Virus record (IMG/VR): IMGVR_UViG_3300046694_000202
Location: 19,430-83,429 of that record
Direction: 5' to 3' (one strand)
Origin: a virus
Length of the DNA: 64,000 nucleotides
A program made the position numbers and the translations under genes. This document shows positions 54,220 through 64,000 of this stretch, one piece after another (positions within the stretch are counted from its first letter, which is position 1; each line of letters starts with the position of its first letter). Below the pieces are notes generated by a model. That model was not told where the DNA came from. It did no database searches and saw only the letters and a program-made list of their open reading frames with translations.

Positions 54220-55297
54220 TTTCCATCTCCACAGGGTACGACGATGTGACCGGGTGGGATCAGACCCGCACGCGCGAAGATCGCGAAGTCTCCGAGCACA
54301 GTGAGATCCAGCTCGCTGAGCGGCCGACGAATGCCGGCTAACGCGGCCCACCGCAGAACATCTTCACGAGACACTGCGTCTTTAGAGGTCGTCATCTTCA
54401 GGCTCCGCAGCAGGGTCAGAGAAACGGTACTTGAGGTCGCGCTTCCACGCGAACTCCTCAGCACGTGCGCGGTTCGAGAACATCCACACGCCCTTGTAGG
54501 GGCCGTCCTCGAACTGACAGACCACGGCTTCGGTCAGCGCCTTCTCATCCATGAAGAAGTTCATGTCGAGCGGCCGAGTATCGAAGACAACTTCTTTCTC
54601 AGCCATTGCGGCCTTCCTTGACGCGCACCAGCACGTCGCCGTCGAAGAGGAAGTCGATGCCTTGGATCCTCATGACCGCGCAGTGTTTGCGCACTAGGCG
54701 GAAGTAAAGGCAGGCGGGCAGGCAACGCAGGTACTTACGCAGCATCGAACATCTCCTTGTGCGCCTGACGCTTCGCGCGGATCGCGTCCAGCAGTTCACG
54801 TTCCTTCGCCTTGTCACGCTTCGGCAGCGGTGCCCATGCGAGGTAGTTCTCACCGGCTTCGCCGAGCCAGCTGCCGACGATCGTGATCCCACCGATGGTC
54901 AACAGCAGTGTCTTGGCGCCGCCGTGCGACGGCTTCGCGTAGGTCCAGGCCACGTATTCCGCGGCCACGTATTCTTTAGCGGTCATTCAATCGTCCTCGC
55001 GGAAGGCGGTGCGTCTGGCGTGGTAGCTCACTTCGAACCAACCGCCGCAGTTGTGCTGGAACTGCTCGCCTTTGAAGTCGCCAGCTTCCAGCTCGACGAG
55101 CAGGTCACAGTGCGGGCAGTCCACATAGATGTCGTTGCTGTTGCTCTCGCGGTGATACTCCTTCACCGTCAGGATCTCGTCGGTCACTTGACGCATACCG
55201 TTCTCCTGAAGGTGTCGGAACTCACGCAGCTCACCACACCGATGGCGACCAAGCCGAACATGCACAGCGTGATGATCACGTCTTTGATGGCCTTCAT
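54216..55297 (-). other. Cluster of small leftward hypothetical genes (54216-54395, 54382-54606, 54599-54745, 54735-54986, 54987-55196 Zn-ribbon, 55184-55297 TM peptide)
   Basis: Overlapping short ORFs, several with RBSs. Confidence 0.6.
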
Positions 55298-55866
55298 GAT
55301 TTCACCACGTGCGGTTTCTGCTTGCGGATCGTGCCGTTGCCGGTCATGACCAGCATCCGCTCGTTCGAGCGAAGTCGATCGAACTTCTTGTGAGCCTGAA
55401 AATCTGCGTCGATCTTCGCAACCCACTCCAGGTCGCGGATGCACAGCAGCACGTCGGCCGCTTCGCCCGCGACTTCCTTCGGGTCGTACTCTTCGCTGAC
55501 CTCGCTCGGGAACACCGTGTTGCCCGTCTCGTGCGAGGCCTTCAGCGCCTGATTGGCCAGCGAGTCACCGACGACGAGGAGAATGCCACCCGGATGCACA
55601 CCCGTGGCCAGACACAGCTCGACGCACTCTTCGAGCATCCGTGCGGCCACGGATGCGGGCGTGCGGCGCTCGATGTGCTCGAACCGCGTGCCGACGCTGT
55701 CGATGAAGAGACCGATGTCCTCACCGCGCACGTGCGACTTCTGAAGATGGTTGCGGATCTTGTCGCGAGTTTCCACCACGCCTTTCGACGTGGCACCTGA
55801 CTTCTCTGCTTTCTCTGCTACGTGGTCGACCATCTCAAGGACGCGACCGATGCTTGCTGGTGTCAT
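55294..55866 (-). CDS. MazG-like nucleotide pyrophosphohydrolase
   Basis: MLEECVEL...GEAADVLLC...KKFDRL all-alpha NTP-PPase motifs. Confidence 0.65.
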   Translation of the reverse strand: MTPASIGRVLEMVDHVAEKAEKSGATSKGVVETRDKIRNHLQKSHVRGEDIGLFIDSVGTRFEHIERRTPASVAARMLEECVELCLATGVHPGGILLVVGDSLANQALKASHETGNTVFPSEVSEEYDPKEVAGEAADVLLCIRDLEWVAKIDADFQAHKKFDRLRSNERMLVMTGNGTIRKQKPHVVKS

Positions 55867-55972
55867 GACTTTCTCTGAATGAAGTGCTTGTCGCGCGGTT
55901 CGCAGCAGCGTTCGTCTTTCTCAAGCTCACGAGCGCACCACCAACAGCGCGACCAGTAACGCAGCCGCATGG

Positions 55973-56164
55973 CTACTCCGGTCGGGTGTGCTCGCGCTTG
56001 AGCCAGAAGTTCACGGTCGGACGATGGTTGCCCGTCGCGAGCGGCTTCTGCGGTTTGCGGATGAGTTCGAAGTTGATGCCGTGGGCGTCTGCGTACTCGA
56101 CCAAGTCGTCGAGCTTGGTCAACAACACGAACTTGACTGCCGGGTCGATCATAACGTTGCTCAT
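55973..56164 (-). CDS. Hypothetical protein
   Basis: 63-aa ORF, PQKPLATGNH motif. Confidence 0.6.
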   Translation of the reverse strand: MSNVMIDPAVKFVLLTKLDDLVEYADAHGINFELIRKPQKPLATGNHRPTVNFWLKREHTRPE

Positions 56165-56209
56165 AGGATACCTAATGAAATGTTGATAGCAGTTATTATG
56201 TCTAGTCGC

Positions 56210-56503
56210 CTAGACACCGCCGAAGTTTGTGTACACGCGCAGCTGCTCGCGGAACAAGAGACCAGCGATGCGGTCATCGTCCGTGAACTTAGCGCCACCG
56301 TACGGGAAGCATTGGCCATCCCACTTCGGCGGCAGGTCGTAGATACTCAAGACGCGCTCAGCCTTCGACCAACCAGCTTCCGAGGCACGGGTGTCGTTGA
56401 CCACGTCGCGGTACTCGGTCTCCGCAACCTCGCGCGCATGTTCAACGTCGTCGGCCTCGACCACGACATCGATGGAGATTTTCAGTTTGAAGAGCGGCAT
56501 CAC
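56210..56503 (-). CDS. Hypothetical protein
   Basis: 97-aa ORF coupled to the kinase gene. Confidence 0.65.
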   Translation of the reverse strand: MMPLFKLKISIDVVVEADDVEHAREVAETEYRDVVNDTRASEAGWSKAERVLSIYDLPPKWDGQCFPYGGAKFTDDDRIAGLLFREQLRVYTNFGGV

Positions 56504-57105
56504 TCGGCCTCGCAGTCGAACTGGAGCACGTGCTCCAGCAGCTTGTCGGCCTGGATGTACAGCCCGCCCAGCTCGTTCTCGCGGTTGGTGATCTCGAAGT
56601 CCATGCCCCAGTCATCGAGGCCACCCTCGCTGCTGTGGTTGCGGATCGAGCGCGGCGCACCGGGGCGCGTCACGCGTGCGAACGTCGGCTCCACGTCGCC
56701 TGCGAGCAAGCGGCCACCTTCACCTTCGGGATAGCGCCAGTCGTCGATGCAGAACACGAGCGACGGATCGGCGATGTGCTCCGCGTGGATGGCGTTCATC
56801 GTGATGTTCGCCCAGAACTCCGGGTCGATGTTCCGGCCGATGTCGCCGACAGCGCGCATCAGATCGCGCGGCGACTGCTGGTACAACTCACGGATCGGCA
56901 CGTCCTTCAGGGCCGGGGCATCCACAATGGCCTCAGCGTGGTCGCGGCGGTCGCCTGCCTGCACCAGCAGCTCGGACACGAGCGCCTTGATCGGGCCAGC
57001 GAAGCGGTGGCGCATCACGCCGTACTGCTTCTCCAAATACTTGGCAACCGTGGTCTTGCCGTGGAACATGTCCCCGGCCAGTACGATGATTCGTGGCTTG
57101 CTCAC
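56500..57105 (-). CDS. Deoxynucleoside monophosphate kinase
   Basis: GDMFHGKTT P-loop, FAGPIK, SPRDLMRAVG, DDWRYPEG, HSSE. Confidence 0.85.
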   Translation of the reverse strand: MSKPRIIVLAGDMFHGKTTVAKYLEKQYGVMRHRFAGPIKALVSELLVQAGDRRDHAEAIVDAPALKDVPIRELYQQSPRDLMRAVGDIGRNIDPEFWANITMNAIHAEHIADPSLVFCIDDWRYPEGEGGRLLAGDVEPTFARVTRPGAPRSIRNHSSEGGLDDWGMDFEITNRENELGGLYIQADKLLEHVLQFDCEAE

Positions 57106-58079
57106 ATCTCCTCCCCGATCAGCACGCGGTTGGTCTTCACGCGCATCTCTTCCTGATCCATCTGCAGGCGCAGGCCGTCCTTCTGGCGCTCGGTGAGCTG
57201 CGCGCCGAAGCGGGCAACTTCCGCGTCGGTGAGCGAGCGGCGCATACGCGGCGACTCGAACATCGTCAGGCGCTGCTCGATGTCGTAGCGATGCTGCTCC
57301 CAGCCTCGGATGTTGCTGGTGCGCGTCTCGGCGTGCAGGTACGGCGTAGCTTGGTGTTCAGCGGGGGATGCATGGATCGGCTGTGAGCCGACCAGCTTGG
57401 TGTAGCGCTCGTGCTCCTTCTCGATGGACGGGTTGCCGTCGAAGGGCGTGTAGCTGATTCGCGCACACCGTGCGACCGAGAGTTTGATCTGGTCTTGGAG
57501 GGGGAGCGAGCGACGTTCTTCGGTGAGGACATACGGGAGATGCCACTCGCCGTTCTTGACCAGCTTAGGCACGCTGGTCTCGATCGCCGTCATGATCTCG
57601 ATGGCGAGGTCGCGCATCGTCGGGTCCGCGTCGGGGTGACAGCGGAGCATGTCGAAGTTGTCCCAGTCCGTGCCCGAGATCAGCACGTCGATGTACTGGT
57701 ACGGCTCAGTCACGCGGTTGGCGATCTGCTTCGCGGCGCCGAGCTTCATCATCGCCCAGCTGATCGCTCCAGCGATCACCGCCGAGGTACGCCAGAGCGC
57801 CTTCACGCCAAAGAGCGGGAAGCCTTCGAGCTGTGTGTGGGCTTGCATACCGGGTTGAGCTGCGCCCCACTCTACCGGGCACGCAGGCGCGCTGAAGATC
57901 TGCCGCAGCATGGCAGCGATCGGCTTGGCGCGGGAGGAACCAGCGTTCTTCGACAACGCTCGATGCGTCATCATTTCACTATGGACGATACGGGGGTAAC
58001 GGACCTGCACCGTGGTAAGGCGCACGCCGTTCGTGGCGATCGAGTCTTCGATCACCGTGGCCAGGATTGTCGGTTTCAT
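57102..58079 (-). CDS. thyX: FAD-dependent thymidylate synthase
   Basis: THRALSKNAGSSR (RHRxxSxxxxSxR variant), KQIANR, SVARCARISY, HASPAEH. Confidence 0.88.
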   Translation of the reverse strand: MKPTILATVIEDSIATNGVRLTTVQVRYPRIVHSEMMTHRALSKNAGSSRAKPIAAMLRQIFSAPACPVEWGAAQPGMQAHTQLEGFPLFGVKALWRTSAVIAGAISWAMMKLGAAKQIANRVTEPYQYIDVLISGTDWDNFDMLRCHPDADPTMRDLAIEIMTAIETSVPKLVKNGEWHLPYVLTEERRSLPLQDQIKLSVARCARISYTPFDGNPSIEKEHERYTKLVGSQPIHASPAEHQATPYLHAETRTSNIRGWEQHRYDIEQRLTMFESPRMRRSLTDAEVARFGAQLTERQKDGLRLQMDQEEMRVKTNRVLIGEEM

Positions 58080-58121
58080 CAGCTTCAGGGACGGTGGTGG
58101 ACGCCCCTGCCAGTTCGTGTT

Positions 58122-58697
58122 TTATGAGTTGCGTGCGTCAAGCCCGCCCTTGTCTGCTCGTCCTTCAGCAGCCGCGTTCGTGTACTTCTCCGGGAAACGC
58201 TTCTGAAGCTTGTCGATGTTCTCGACCATGAGATCTTCGATCGCAAAGCCAAGCGCATCACAAGCGTGGGAGACCGAACAAACGATGTTGAGCAGGCCGC
58301 GCATAATGGATTCTCTGCTGCGGGCGTCATGAAGCAGCGGAGCTTGGAAGGCAATGAAGCCGACTTCCATCGTGATCCGGCAGGCGACCATGTTCAACTG
58401 GGTGGGAGTGTCGAACGACTCGTAGTCTTCGAACAGGTATTGATATTCGGGGATATCGCAGTCGATAGCATCCGCAGCGATGGCGACGTACCAGAGAAGA
58501 TCGCCAAGCTCTTCGCGCATGTGACCGATGAACTCCACCGAGATGGGCTTTTCATAGATCGCGATACGCTTGACCGTCGTGGTGAACTCACCGTTCTCAG
58601 TGGCCAGACCGAGGATTGCGTGGTTCAGACGAAGGTGCGTCGAGGGCAGCGGCTTCTCCGTTCGCAATGCGAGCGGTTTGTATTGCTGGAAGTTCAT
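58122..58697 (-). CDS. MazG-like nucleotide pyrophosphohydrolase
   Basis: LGLATENGE...EELGDLLWY...NIDKLQKRFP. Confidence 0.85.
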   Translation of the reverse strand: MNFQQYKPLALRTEKPLPSTHLRLNHAILGLATENGEFTTTVKRIAIYEKPISVEFIGHMREELGDLLWYVAIAADAIDCDIPEYQYLFEDYESFDTPTQLNMVACRITMEVGFIAFQAPLLHDARSRESIMRGLLNIVCSVSHACDALGFAIEDLMVENIDKLQKRFPEKYTNAAAEGRADKGGLDARNS

Positions 58698-58719
58698 GGT
58701 TTCAATCGTTGTGGTGGTG

Positions 58720-59064
58720 TTAATACGTCTCGGGAGGCGCTGTGAACCACAGTCGCCTACCCTTCCCCTCGCCGGGGAACGCATACTGGATCAGGAATCC
58801 CTGATCCTTCTTTTGCATCATGGTTACTTGACCGCGGTCGTGCTGTATGCGGGCTGAGTACAAGATGCTCTGATCCCTTTCGTGCCATCTCCAATCGCTT
58901 GGCAATCGACGCGCCAGGATGTATGCGTAAAGCTTTGGGTCGCCCCAGTGGAGGAGATCAAGTTCCTTCATCTCTTCCACTACACGCTCCACGGTGGTGG
59001 CGAGGAGCGTGGCGATATACGGGGGCGAGCAGTTCTGATCCAGGAGTGATTTTATTGTTTCCAT
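58720..59064 (-). CDS. Hypothetical protein (N-terminal HTH-like)
   Basis: 114-aa ORF, GAGGA RBS. Confidence 0.65.
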   Translation of the reverse strand: METIKSLLDQNCSPPYIATLLATTVERVVEEMKELDLLHWGDPKLYAYILARRLPSDWRWHERDQSILYSARIQHDRGQVTMMQKKDQGFLIQYAFPGEGKGRRLWFTAPPETY

Positions 59065-59074
59065 AGTCCTCAGT

Positions 59075-61102
59075 TCATGCCGCTTCCTTTAACGGGAGGG
59101 TGAACACGTGATCGGCGATGGGTCGTTTGTGAGTCACGACAATCACCTGCTTGATGGTCTCCTTCAACCTCTGAAGGCACTCGGCGGTATAGCGAGCGCG
59201 CTCCTCGTCCATGCTTTCATCGAACTCGTCAGCCATGAAGACGGAGAACACACCATTGGTCAGCACCTGCCCCAGCCCGATTCGCAGTGCGAGATTGGCG
59301 ACGGCCTTACCAGACCCAGACAACGTTTGAACCTGCTGACCGTCGACGGTGATGTTGAAGTCATCGTCAACGATGATCGAGCTGCGTGCGCCGCCCGTCA
59401 TCTGGTTCAGCAGCAAACTTGCAACCTTGTTCAGCGACGGGATCAGGAACGACTTGATCACCGTCTTTGCTTCGACGATCGCCGACTTGGCTTTCGTGTA
59501 GTCCTCGGCCTGCGCGACCAGCGCATCGAGCTTCGCCTTGTCCGCTGCGTAGTTCAGCGACGCAGCTTCGAACGCTGCCTGTGCCTGCTCGAACGTGCGC
59601 GAGATCACCAGCTTCTGCTCGATGGTCTTCAGCTGCGCCTCGACCGGCGCCAGCTCGGCGATGCGCGCTTCGCGCTCAGCGAGGCGCGCAAAGAAGTCCT
59701 CGTACGCCGCGAGCTGCGCGGTATGCGCGAGCAGCGCGCCTTCGTGCTTCTGGCGTGCGGCGATCTTTTCCGACTGGTCGGGGTTGTTCACCAGCAGCTC
59801 GGTGAGCTGCGCGACGTTCGCCTCGTTCGCGTTGAAGTCGCGCTGCTTAAAGGCGATCTCAACCTCCTTGTCGGAGATGGCCTTGTACAGCGCTTGCTTC
59901 TCGTCGATGAGTTGCTGCGCCAGCTCGGCGATCGACTCTTCGAGATCCACCTTGCGCTGGACGTTCTCGTTCAGCCGGCGCTGCTCCATCAACCACGCGC
60001 GGGTGTGGATCGGGGCAGGCATCTCGACGACATCGGCGTACGCCTTCAGCGCGTCGCTGGCGAGCGGCCAGTGATGGTCGCAGCTCGGGCAGACGTGCTC
60101 GCCCTGCGCCAGCAGCTTCTGCTTGGCCTTCCAGCTGTCGTGCATGTCCCACTGGCGCTCGACAATGCTGATCTGGTCGTGCGTCAGGGTCGGCATCACG
60201 AGCGCGGCGAGGTTCTTCTGGCACTTGGCCAGCTCTTTCGCCGTGCGCGACTCGCCGTTCAGCTCAGCGGCGAGCTTCTGGCGCTCCGACTCCAACGCCA
60301 TGCGCTGGCGGGCCAGGGTTGCTGCGGTGCCGTCTGCCAGCGCGCGTGCGTCCAGGAGCTGTTTGCGCACCGCCTGGAGGCTTTCCAGCGTGCCGATGGT
60401 CTCTGAGACCTCGCAGGTCGGCGCGACCGGCTGTGCGGGCTTGTGAGCGACCATACCGCGCAGCTGGTTCAGTTCCGTGGCGAAGCCGACCGCGAGCGCG
60501 CGTGCGCGCTCCAGCGTCGTGCTCGACTCATAGCCTTCCGGCGTCTCAGGCTTGACCGGCTCGCGCAGCACGCTCGCGATACCCTCGGCTTGGCGGCGGA
60601 ACGTGAGCGCTTCGTCGTTCGCGTCCTTCGCGAGATCGTCGAGCACGTGCAGGCCGATCGTCTGGTCGACGATCTTCTTGCGCTCGGTCGGCTTCGAGTC
60701 CGACAGCTTCTCGATCTGCCCCTGCAGGCAGGCGTTCGCCATCGTGAACACGTCGAAGTCATAGCCGAAGATCTCCTTCATCTTGGCGTTGACCGGCTTC
60801 GTGCCGACCGCGACATCCCGCTCGCCGTCAGCCATCAGCTCGAACAGCTTCGCGTTCTTGGTCGTGCGCTCGATGCGGTAGCGGCGATCCTTCACCACGA
60901 ACATCAGCGTGACGACCAGCTTCTTGTAGTCTTCAGCGGCGCCGCGCAGCGCGACGCTGCCCCACAGCGCGAAGAGGATCATCTCCAGCGTCACACTCTT
61001 GCCGGATTCGTTCTTACCCGTGATCGCCGTCTGGCCGGCCTGGAAGTCAAACAGCGAGTTCGGGTGACGGTAACCGTTTTTGATCTTGAGAGTTTCGAGC
61101 AT
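59075..61102 (-). CDS. Rad50/SbcC-like SMC ATPase
   Basis: GKNESGKS Walker A, Q-loop, coiled coil with CPSC zinc hook, LSGSG signature, ADEFD Walker B, VTH. Confidence 0.92.
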   Translation of the reverse strand: MLETLKIKNGYRHPNSLFDFQAGQTAITGKNESGKSVTLEMILFALWGSVALRGAAEDYKKLVVTLMFVVKDRRYRIERTTKNAKLFELMADGERDVAVGTKPVNAKMKEIFGYDFDVFTMANACLQGQIEKLSDSKPTERKKIVDQTIGLHVLDDLAKDANDEALTFRRQAEGIASVLREPVKPETPEGYESSTTLERARALAVGFATELNQLRGMVAHKPAQPVAPTCEVSETIGTLESLQAVRKQLLDARALADGTAATLARQRMALESERQKLAAELNGESRTAKELAKCQKNLAALVMPTLTHDQISIVERQWDMHDSWKAKQKLLAQGEHVCPSCDHHWPLASDALKAYADVVEMPAPIHTRAWLMEQRRLNENVQRKVDLEESIAELAQQLIDEKQALYKAISDKEVEIAFKQRDFNANEANVAQLTELLVNNPDQSEKIAARQKHEGALLAHTAQLAAYEDFFARLAEREARIAELAPVEAQLKTIEQKLVISRTFEQAQAAFEAASLNYAADKAKLDALVAQAEDYTKAKSAIVEAKTVIKSFLIPSLNKVASLLLNQMTGGARSSIIVDDDFNITVDGQQVQTLSGSGKAVANLALRIGLGQVLTNGVFSVFMADEFDESMDEERARYTAECLQRLKETIKQVIVVTHKRPIADHVFTLPLKEAA

Positions 61103-61117
61103 GGTGATCCCCTTTTA

Positions 61118-62128
61118 TTAGGCTGCGTTTCGTTTATCGAGGTACTTCGCCAGCAGGTTGCTTGTTACCGTCTTGCTCACGCCGTGCTTGTTGAAGCAGC
61201 GGCCGAGGATGTCTTCCATGTCAAACGACTCGACCTGCATGGTGATGTCGACAAAGTCTTCACCGTTGGCGGCGATCGGCTTGGTCGTGACCGACCATGC
61301 GTCGATCGGGAAGTCGATCTGCTCGCCAGGTTTCAGGAGAACGCGCACGGCGTTGTCGTGCAGGATCGTCGGGTCCGACATCAGCAGCGTCTTCAGCTCT
61401 TCGAGTTCGTACGTCACGTAGATCTGCTCATCCGGATCTTCACCGTGGCTGTACGGCTGCATCGAGCCGGGGAACACGACGCGGATGCCGTTGATCTCTT
61501 CGTCGAACGGACGGTGGTCGTGGCCGCTCACCACCAGCTTCGTGAACGGGCGCAGCTCGAACATCGGGATTGCGTTGTGGGGCTGCTCTTCGAACGTCAC
61601 GCGGTCCCAGTGGCCCACGACGAGGTCGTATTCCATGAAGTCCGTACCAGCGCCCAGAGTGCGCGCCATCTCTTTAGAGTTGATGAACGGATGCCACGGC
61701 AGAACGCCCAGGCGGAAGTTGCCCTTCTCGACGACCTCTGCGTTGTCCAGCGACACGACGACGTTATCGATGCCGAACAGCAGCTGGTGCAGAAGATCAT
61801 AGGAGCTGGCTTTGTCCGCGTTGCGCGAAGCATCGTGGTTGCCGCGCACCATCACGAAGATCGTGTCGGGGTACAGCTTCGCGGCTGTGCGGTAAGCCAT
61901 CGCCACGCGCAGCACGTACTCGGGAGCGACCACGTACTGGTCGAAGATGTCACCGAGGCAGATGTTGAAGTCGAGGTCCGGCGTGACCAGCTCGGCCGAG
62001 AACTGGTTGAACACCGAAGCTTCGCGCTCGCCCTGACGTTCGAGAGGAACGCCGGTCTTGAACGTGCGGCCCAGATGCACGTCTCCAATAAAGCCGACGC
62101 GAGCGCCGGCAATTTCCATGATCTTCAT
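61118..62128 (-). CDS. Mre11/SbcD-like metallophosphoesterase nuclease
   Basis: GDVHLG, GDIFD, GNHD, GHDH, PGS. Confidence 0.92.
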   Translation of the reverse strand: MKIMEIAGARVGFIGDVHLGRTFKTGVPLERQGEREASVFNQFSAELVTPDLDFNICLGDIFDQYVVAPEYVLRVAMAYRTAAKLYPDTIFVMVRGNHDASRNADKASSYDLLHQLLFGIDNVVVSLDNAEVVEKGNFRLGVLPWHPFINSKEMARTLGAGTDFMEYDLVVGHWDRVTFEEQPHNAIPMFELRPFTKLVVSGHDHRPFDEEINGIRVVFPGSMQPYSHGEDPDEQIYVTYELEELKTLLMSDPTILHDNAVRVLLKPGEQIDFPIDAWSVTTKPIAANGEDFVDITMQVESFDMEDILGRCFNKHGVSKTVTSNLLAKYLDKRNAA

Positions 62129-62138
62129 GACAAACCCC

Positions 62139-62255
62139 TTAATGGGTGAATGCGTATCCGAGAAGAAAAATCGCGCCGCAGGCGAAGAGCGAAGCGGCGA
62201 CGAGCTGGACCTTCTTCAGCAGAAGGTCAACCTGCGTGCTTTCAGCTTGCGACAT
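62139..62255 (-). CDS. 38-aa membrane peptide
   Basis: MSQAESTQVDLLLKKVQLVAASLFACGAIFLLGYAFTH fills the intergenic gap. Confidence 0.45.
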   Translation of the reverse strand: MSQAESTQVDLLLKKVQLVAASLFACGAIFLLGYAFTH

Positions 62256-62853
62256 CGACAACTTCGCCTTGGACAGAGAGGGACGGGTGACGCGTGGAAT
62301 GGTCACGAACGGCGTAGATCACCTTGAGCTGGTGGAATACGTCGAACAGCGCGCTGTGCGCGTCGCCCGTGAACGGGATGGTCCGTTCGAAAGGCGGCGG
62401 GGTCTGCGGCCAGTAGCGGCCACGGATCCAGCTGTTCATGTCGTTGACTTCACGGAAATGGAAGGGGTTCGCGATCTCGAACTGGTGGCAGTAGCTTTCC
62501 AGAAACGGGAACTCGAAGTGGCTCGGCTTGGCCCAGAGGCGCAGCGTGTCGTTGTACGGATCGACACCGACCTTGCACCACTGCACGAAGTCCTTCAGCA
62601 CGACATCCGGCCGCTCCATGCGGTTCATGATGCCTTGAAGGATGTGCCGTTTGTCTTTGAGCCACCAGTCGCGTGTACTTTCGTCGAAATAGCGGCCGGG
62701 AGGAACCATGAGGCAGCGATCGAACATCTCGGGCATGATCTCGCCCGTTGCGTAATCGAAGCGCACACCTGCGATCTGGATGATTGCCGAAGCGCCGGGT
62801 TCAGTGCCCGTCGTTTCCAGATCGATCATGCAATCGAGATACTTGGTCGTCAT
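62242..62853 (-). CDS. DEDDh 3'-5' exonuclease
   Basis: IDLETTG (Exo I), IIQIAGV, HSALFD (Exo III). Confidence 0.85.
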   Translation of the reverse strand: MTTKYLDCMIDLETTGTEPGASAIIQIAGVRFDYATGEIMPEMFDRCLMVPPGRYFDESTRDWWLKDKRHILQGIMNRMERPDVVLKDFVQWCKVGVDPYNDTLRLWAKPSHFEFPFLESYCHQFEIANPFHFREVNDMNSWIRGRYWPQTPPPFERTIPFTGDAHSALFDVFHQLKVIYAVRDHSTRHPSLSVQGEVVDVAS

Positions 62854-63307
62854 GTTGTTGCTTGGCCAGAAGTAGAAGTGGGGCAAACAGTGGGTTGTTC
62901 AAGATTCGGTGGTGGTCGATCTCGGCCCACTTCATCGACTTTGCGTCATGGTCGATGATGTGTACTGCGTGAATCACATACCACTCGCCGGTTGATTCCC
63001 GACGAATGAAAAACTGATAATCCCCGCCAGCTGCAACAGCTTTGCGCGCGGCTCGCCACTGGTTCTTCGAGATCATGCTGAAGGAAAACGACGGCTCGTT
63101 TGCCGTGCTCTTCACTTCCGCGTAGAACATGCGACCTTCCCACGTGACGACGAAGTCAGCGGGTTGTGCGTCCTTGATTGATTTCTTGAGACCTGTGGCT
63201 CCGCGCACGTAGGCGGTATCGGTCAGGCGCTCTACTGCTGCGCGCTTCCCGAATCGCGCGAAGAAGAGTTCAAACTCATCCTCCGCGTCCTTCCAGACGT
63301 GCTTCAT
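62801..63307 (-). CDS. RecU-like Holliday junction resolvase (PD-(D/E)XK)
   Basis: PADF...YAEVKST...NQ...AAGG. Confidence 0.7.
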   Translation of the reverse strand: MKHVWKDAEDEFELFFARFGKRAAVERLTDTAYVRGATGLKKSIKDAQPADFVVTWEGRMFYAEVKSTANEPSFSFSMISKNQWRAARKAVAAGGDYQFFIRRESTGEWYVIHAVHIIDHDAKSMKWAEIDHHRILNNPLFAPLLLLAKQQHDDQVSRLHDRSGNDGH

Positions 63308-63410
63308 GTTCGACTACTTTACCGGTGGTGGTGGCGTGAAAAGAATTATATGTAAGACCGAACCTTTAGGGTTCGGTGTTGTAAAAATAATTCTTTAAAC
63401 GTAATATTTC

Positions 63411-64000
63411 TTAAATGATCTTGTCAGTTCTGAAGCGAACGTATATGGGATTCCGAAGAGACCCATCGGAAGTTTTTTCCATGTACTCGCACTCCATCAC
63501 CAGACCCAGCATCTGCTCGCGCTTCTCCCAGAACTCGGCGCGCTCAGCCTCGGTGTAGCCACCGCCGACATCGACCCGGAAGGTGCTGCCGTCTTCGAGC
63601 GTGCCTTCGATCGTGAAGCCGCCGAGGATCTTCTCGTACTTGGACTTCTTCTTGCCCTTGTAGAAGTCAACGATCTTGCCCTCGGCCGTGTGCAGGGGCT
63701 TGCCCTTGAGCCAGTGTGAGCTGCGGCCCCACACGTACGGCGCGTTGATATTCTTGAGCATGAAGCCCTCGTAGCCCTGCGCGAGCGCAATGTCGAAGAA
63801 CGTGTTCACTTCCTGGCGGTTGTTGACGATCTGCTTGTAGCTCGGCAGCAGCTTGCCGGTCCACTCCAGCCCATCCTCGGTCGGCGTCGTGCAGACCTTC
63901 TCCAGCGCCGCGTCGAGCTGCGCGCTGCGCTCGCCCTGCGGACGCAGACAAACCTGCTGATCCCACTCCACGCGGGTGAGCCAGTCGTAGGCATAGAAGC
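63411..64000 (-). CDS. ATP-dependent DNA ligase (5' part outside the window)
   Basis: FYAYD, EGFMLK, WLKGKP, OB-fold VGGG and LRNPIYVRFRTDK. Confidence 0.92.
   Translation of the reverse strand, partial: FYAYDWLTRVEWDQQVCLRPQGERSAQLDAALEKVCTTPTEDGLEWTGKLLPSYKQIVNNRQEVNTFFDIALAQGYEGFMLKNINAPYVWGRSSHWLKGKPLHTAEGKIVDFYKGKKKSKYEKILGGFTIEGTLEDGSTFRVDVGGGYTEAERAEFWEKREQMLGLVMECEYMEKTSDGSLRNPIYVRFRTDKII

Larger units (their letters stand above)
1..64000. mobile_element. Tailed (siphovirus-like) bacteriophage genome segment, probably a phage-plasmid
   Basis: Syntenic terminase-portal-capsid-tail-tape measure-tip-lysis genes, replication/recombination genes and a ParA/Rep plasmid cassette; no host housekeeping genes and no integrase in the window. 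Confidence 0.95.

Noticed and set aside
63357-63377. Hairpin ACCGAACC/GGTTCGGT next to a minus-strand TATAAT as a special hairpin promoter
   Set aside because: No -35 at proper spacing and a single instance; could simply be a weak terminator after the ligase gene.
1-64000. tRNA, rRNA, integrase or IS elements
   Set aside because: No cloverleaf with T-loop/CCA, no rRNA-like sequence, and no recombinase or transposase motifs were recognised.

Overview
The whole 64-kb window is one contiguous piece of a high-GC, siphovirus-type tailed phage genome; codon style suggests a Burkholderiales-like host (inference). Layout: (i) 1-8.3 kb, leftward small early genes studded with about 11 copies of the palindrome GTGCGAC-N-GTCGCAC, plus an AT-rich block with an IHF site and a DnaA box; (ii) GNAT-like and HNH genes, a candidate small RNA, and a leftward primase-polymerase/SF3 helicase; (iii) 12.9-39 kb, a lambda-like morphogenesis module (GpA-type terminase, portal, protease/scaffold, capsid, neck, tail tube, frameshifted chaperone, tape measure with lytic transglycosylase, M/L/K/I/J-like tip); (iv) 39-42.9 kb, a tail fibre with a CxCxCxCxC motif that runs into a Hint autoprocessing domain, translationally coupled to an accessory gene and a radical SAM/SPASM enzyme; (v) GH19 endolysin, holin-like genes and a beta-helix + SGNH tailspike; (vi) a plasmid maintenance cassette (parS-like repeats, ParA, RHH partner, origin, pBBR1-type Rep), which suggests a phage-plasmid; (vii) leftward nucleotide metabolism and recombination genes (MazG-like x2, dNMP kinase, ThyX, Rad50/Mre11-like, DEDD exonuclease, RecU-like, DNA ligase cut by the window edge). 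The best candidates for new biology are the Hint/Cys-rich fibre + radical SAM maturation locus and a promoter-to-terminator ~165-nt RNA (about 9413-9580) whose two segments are complementary to motifs in many phage translation-start regions. All family calls come from motif recognition by eye; no database searches were run.
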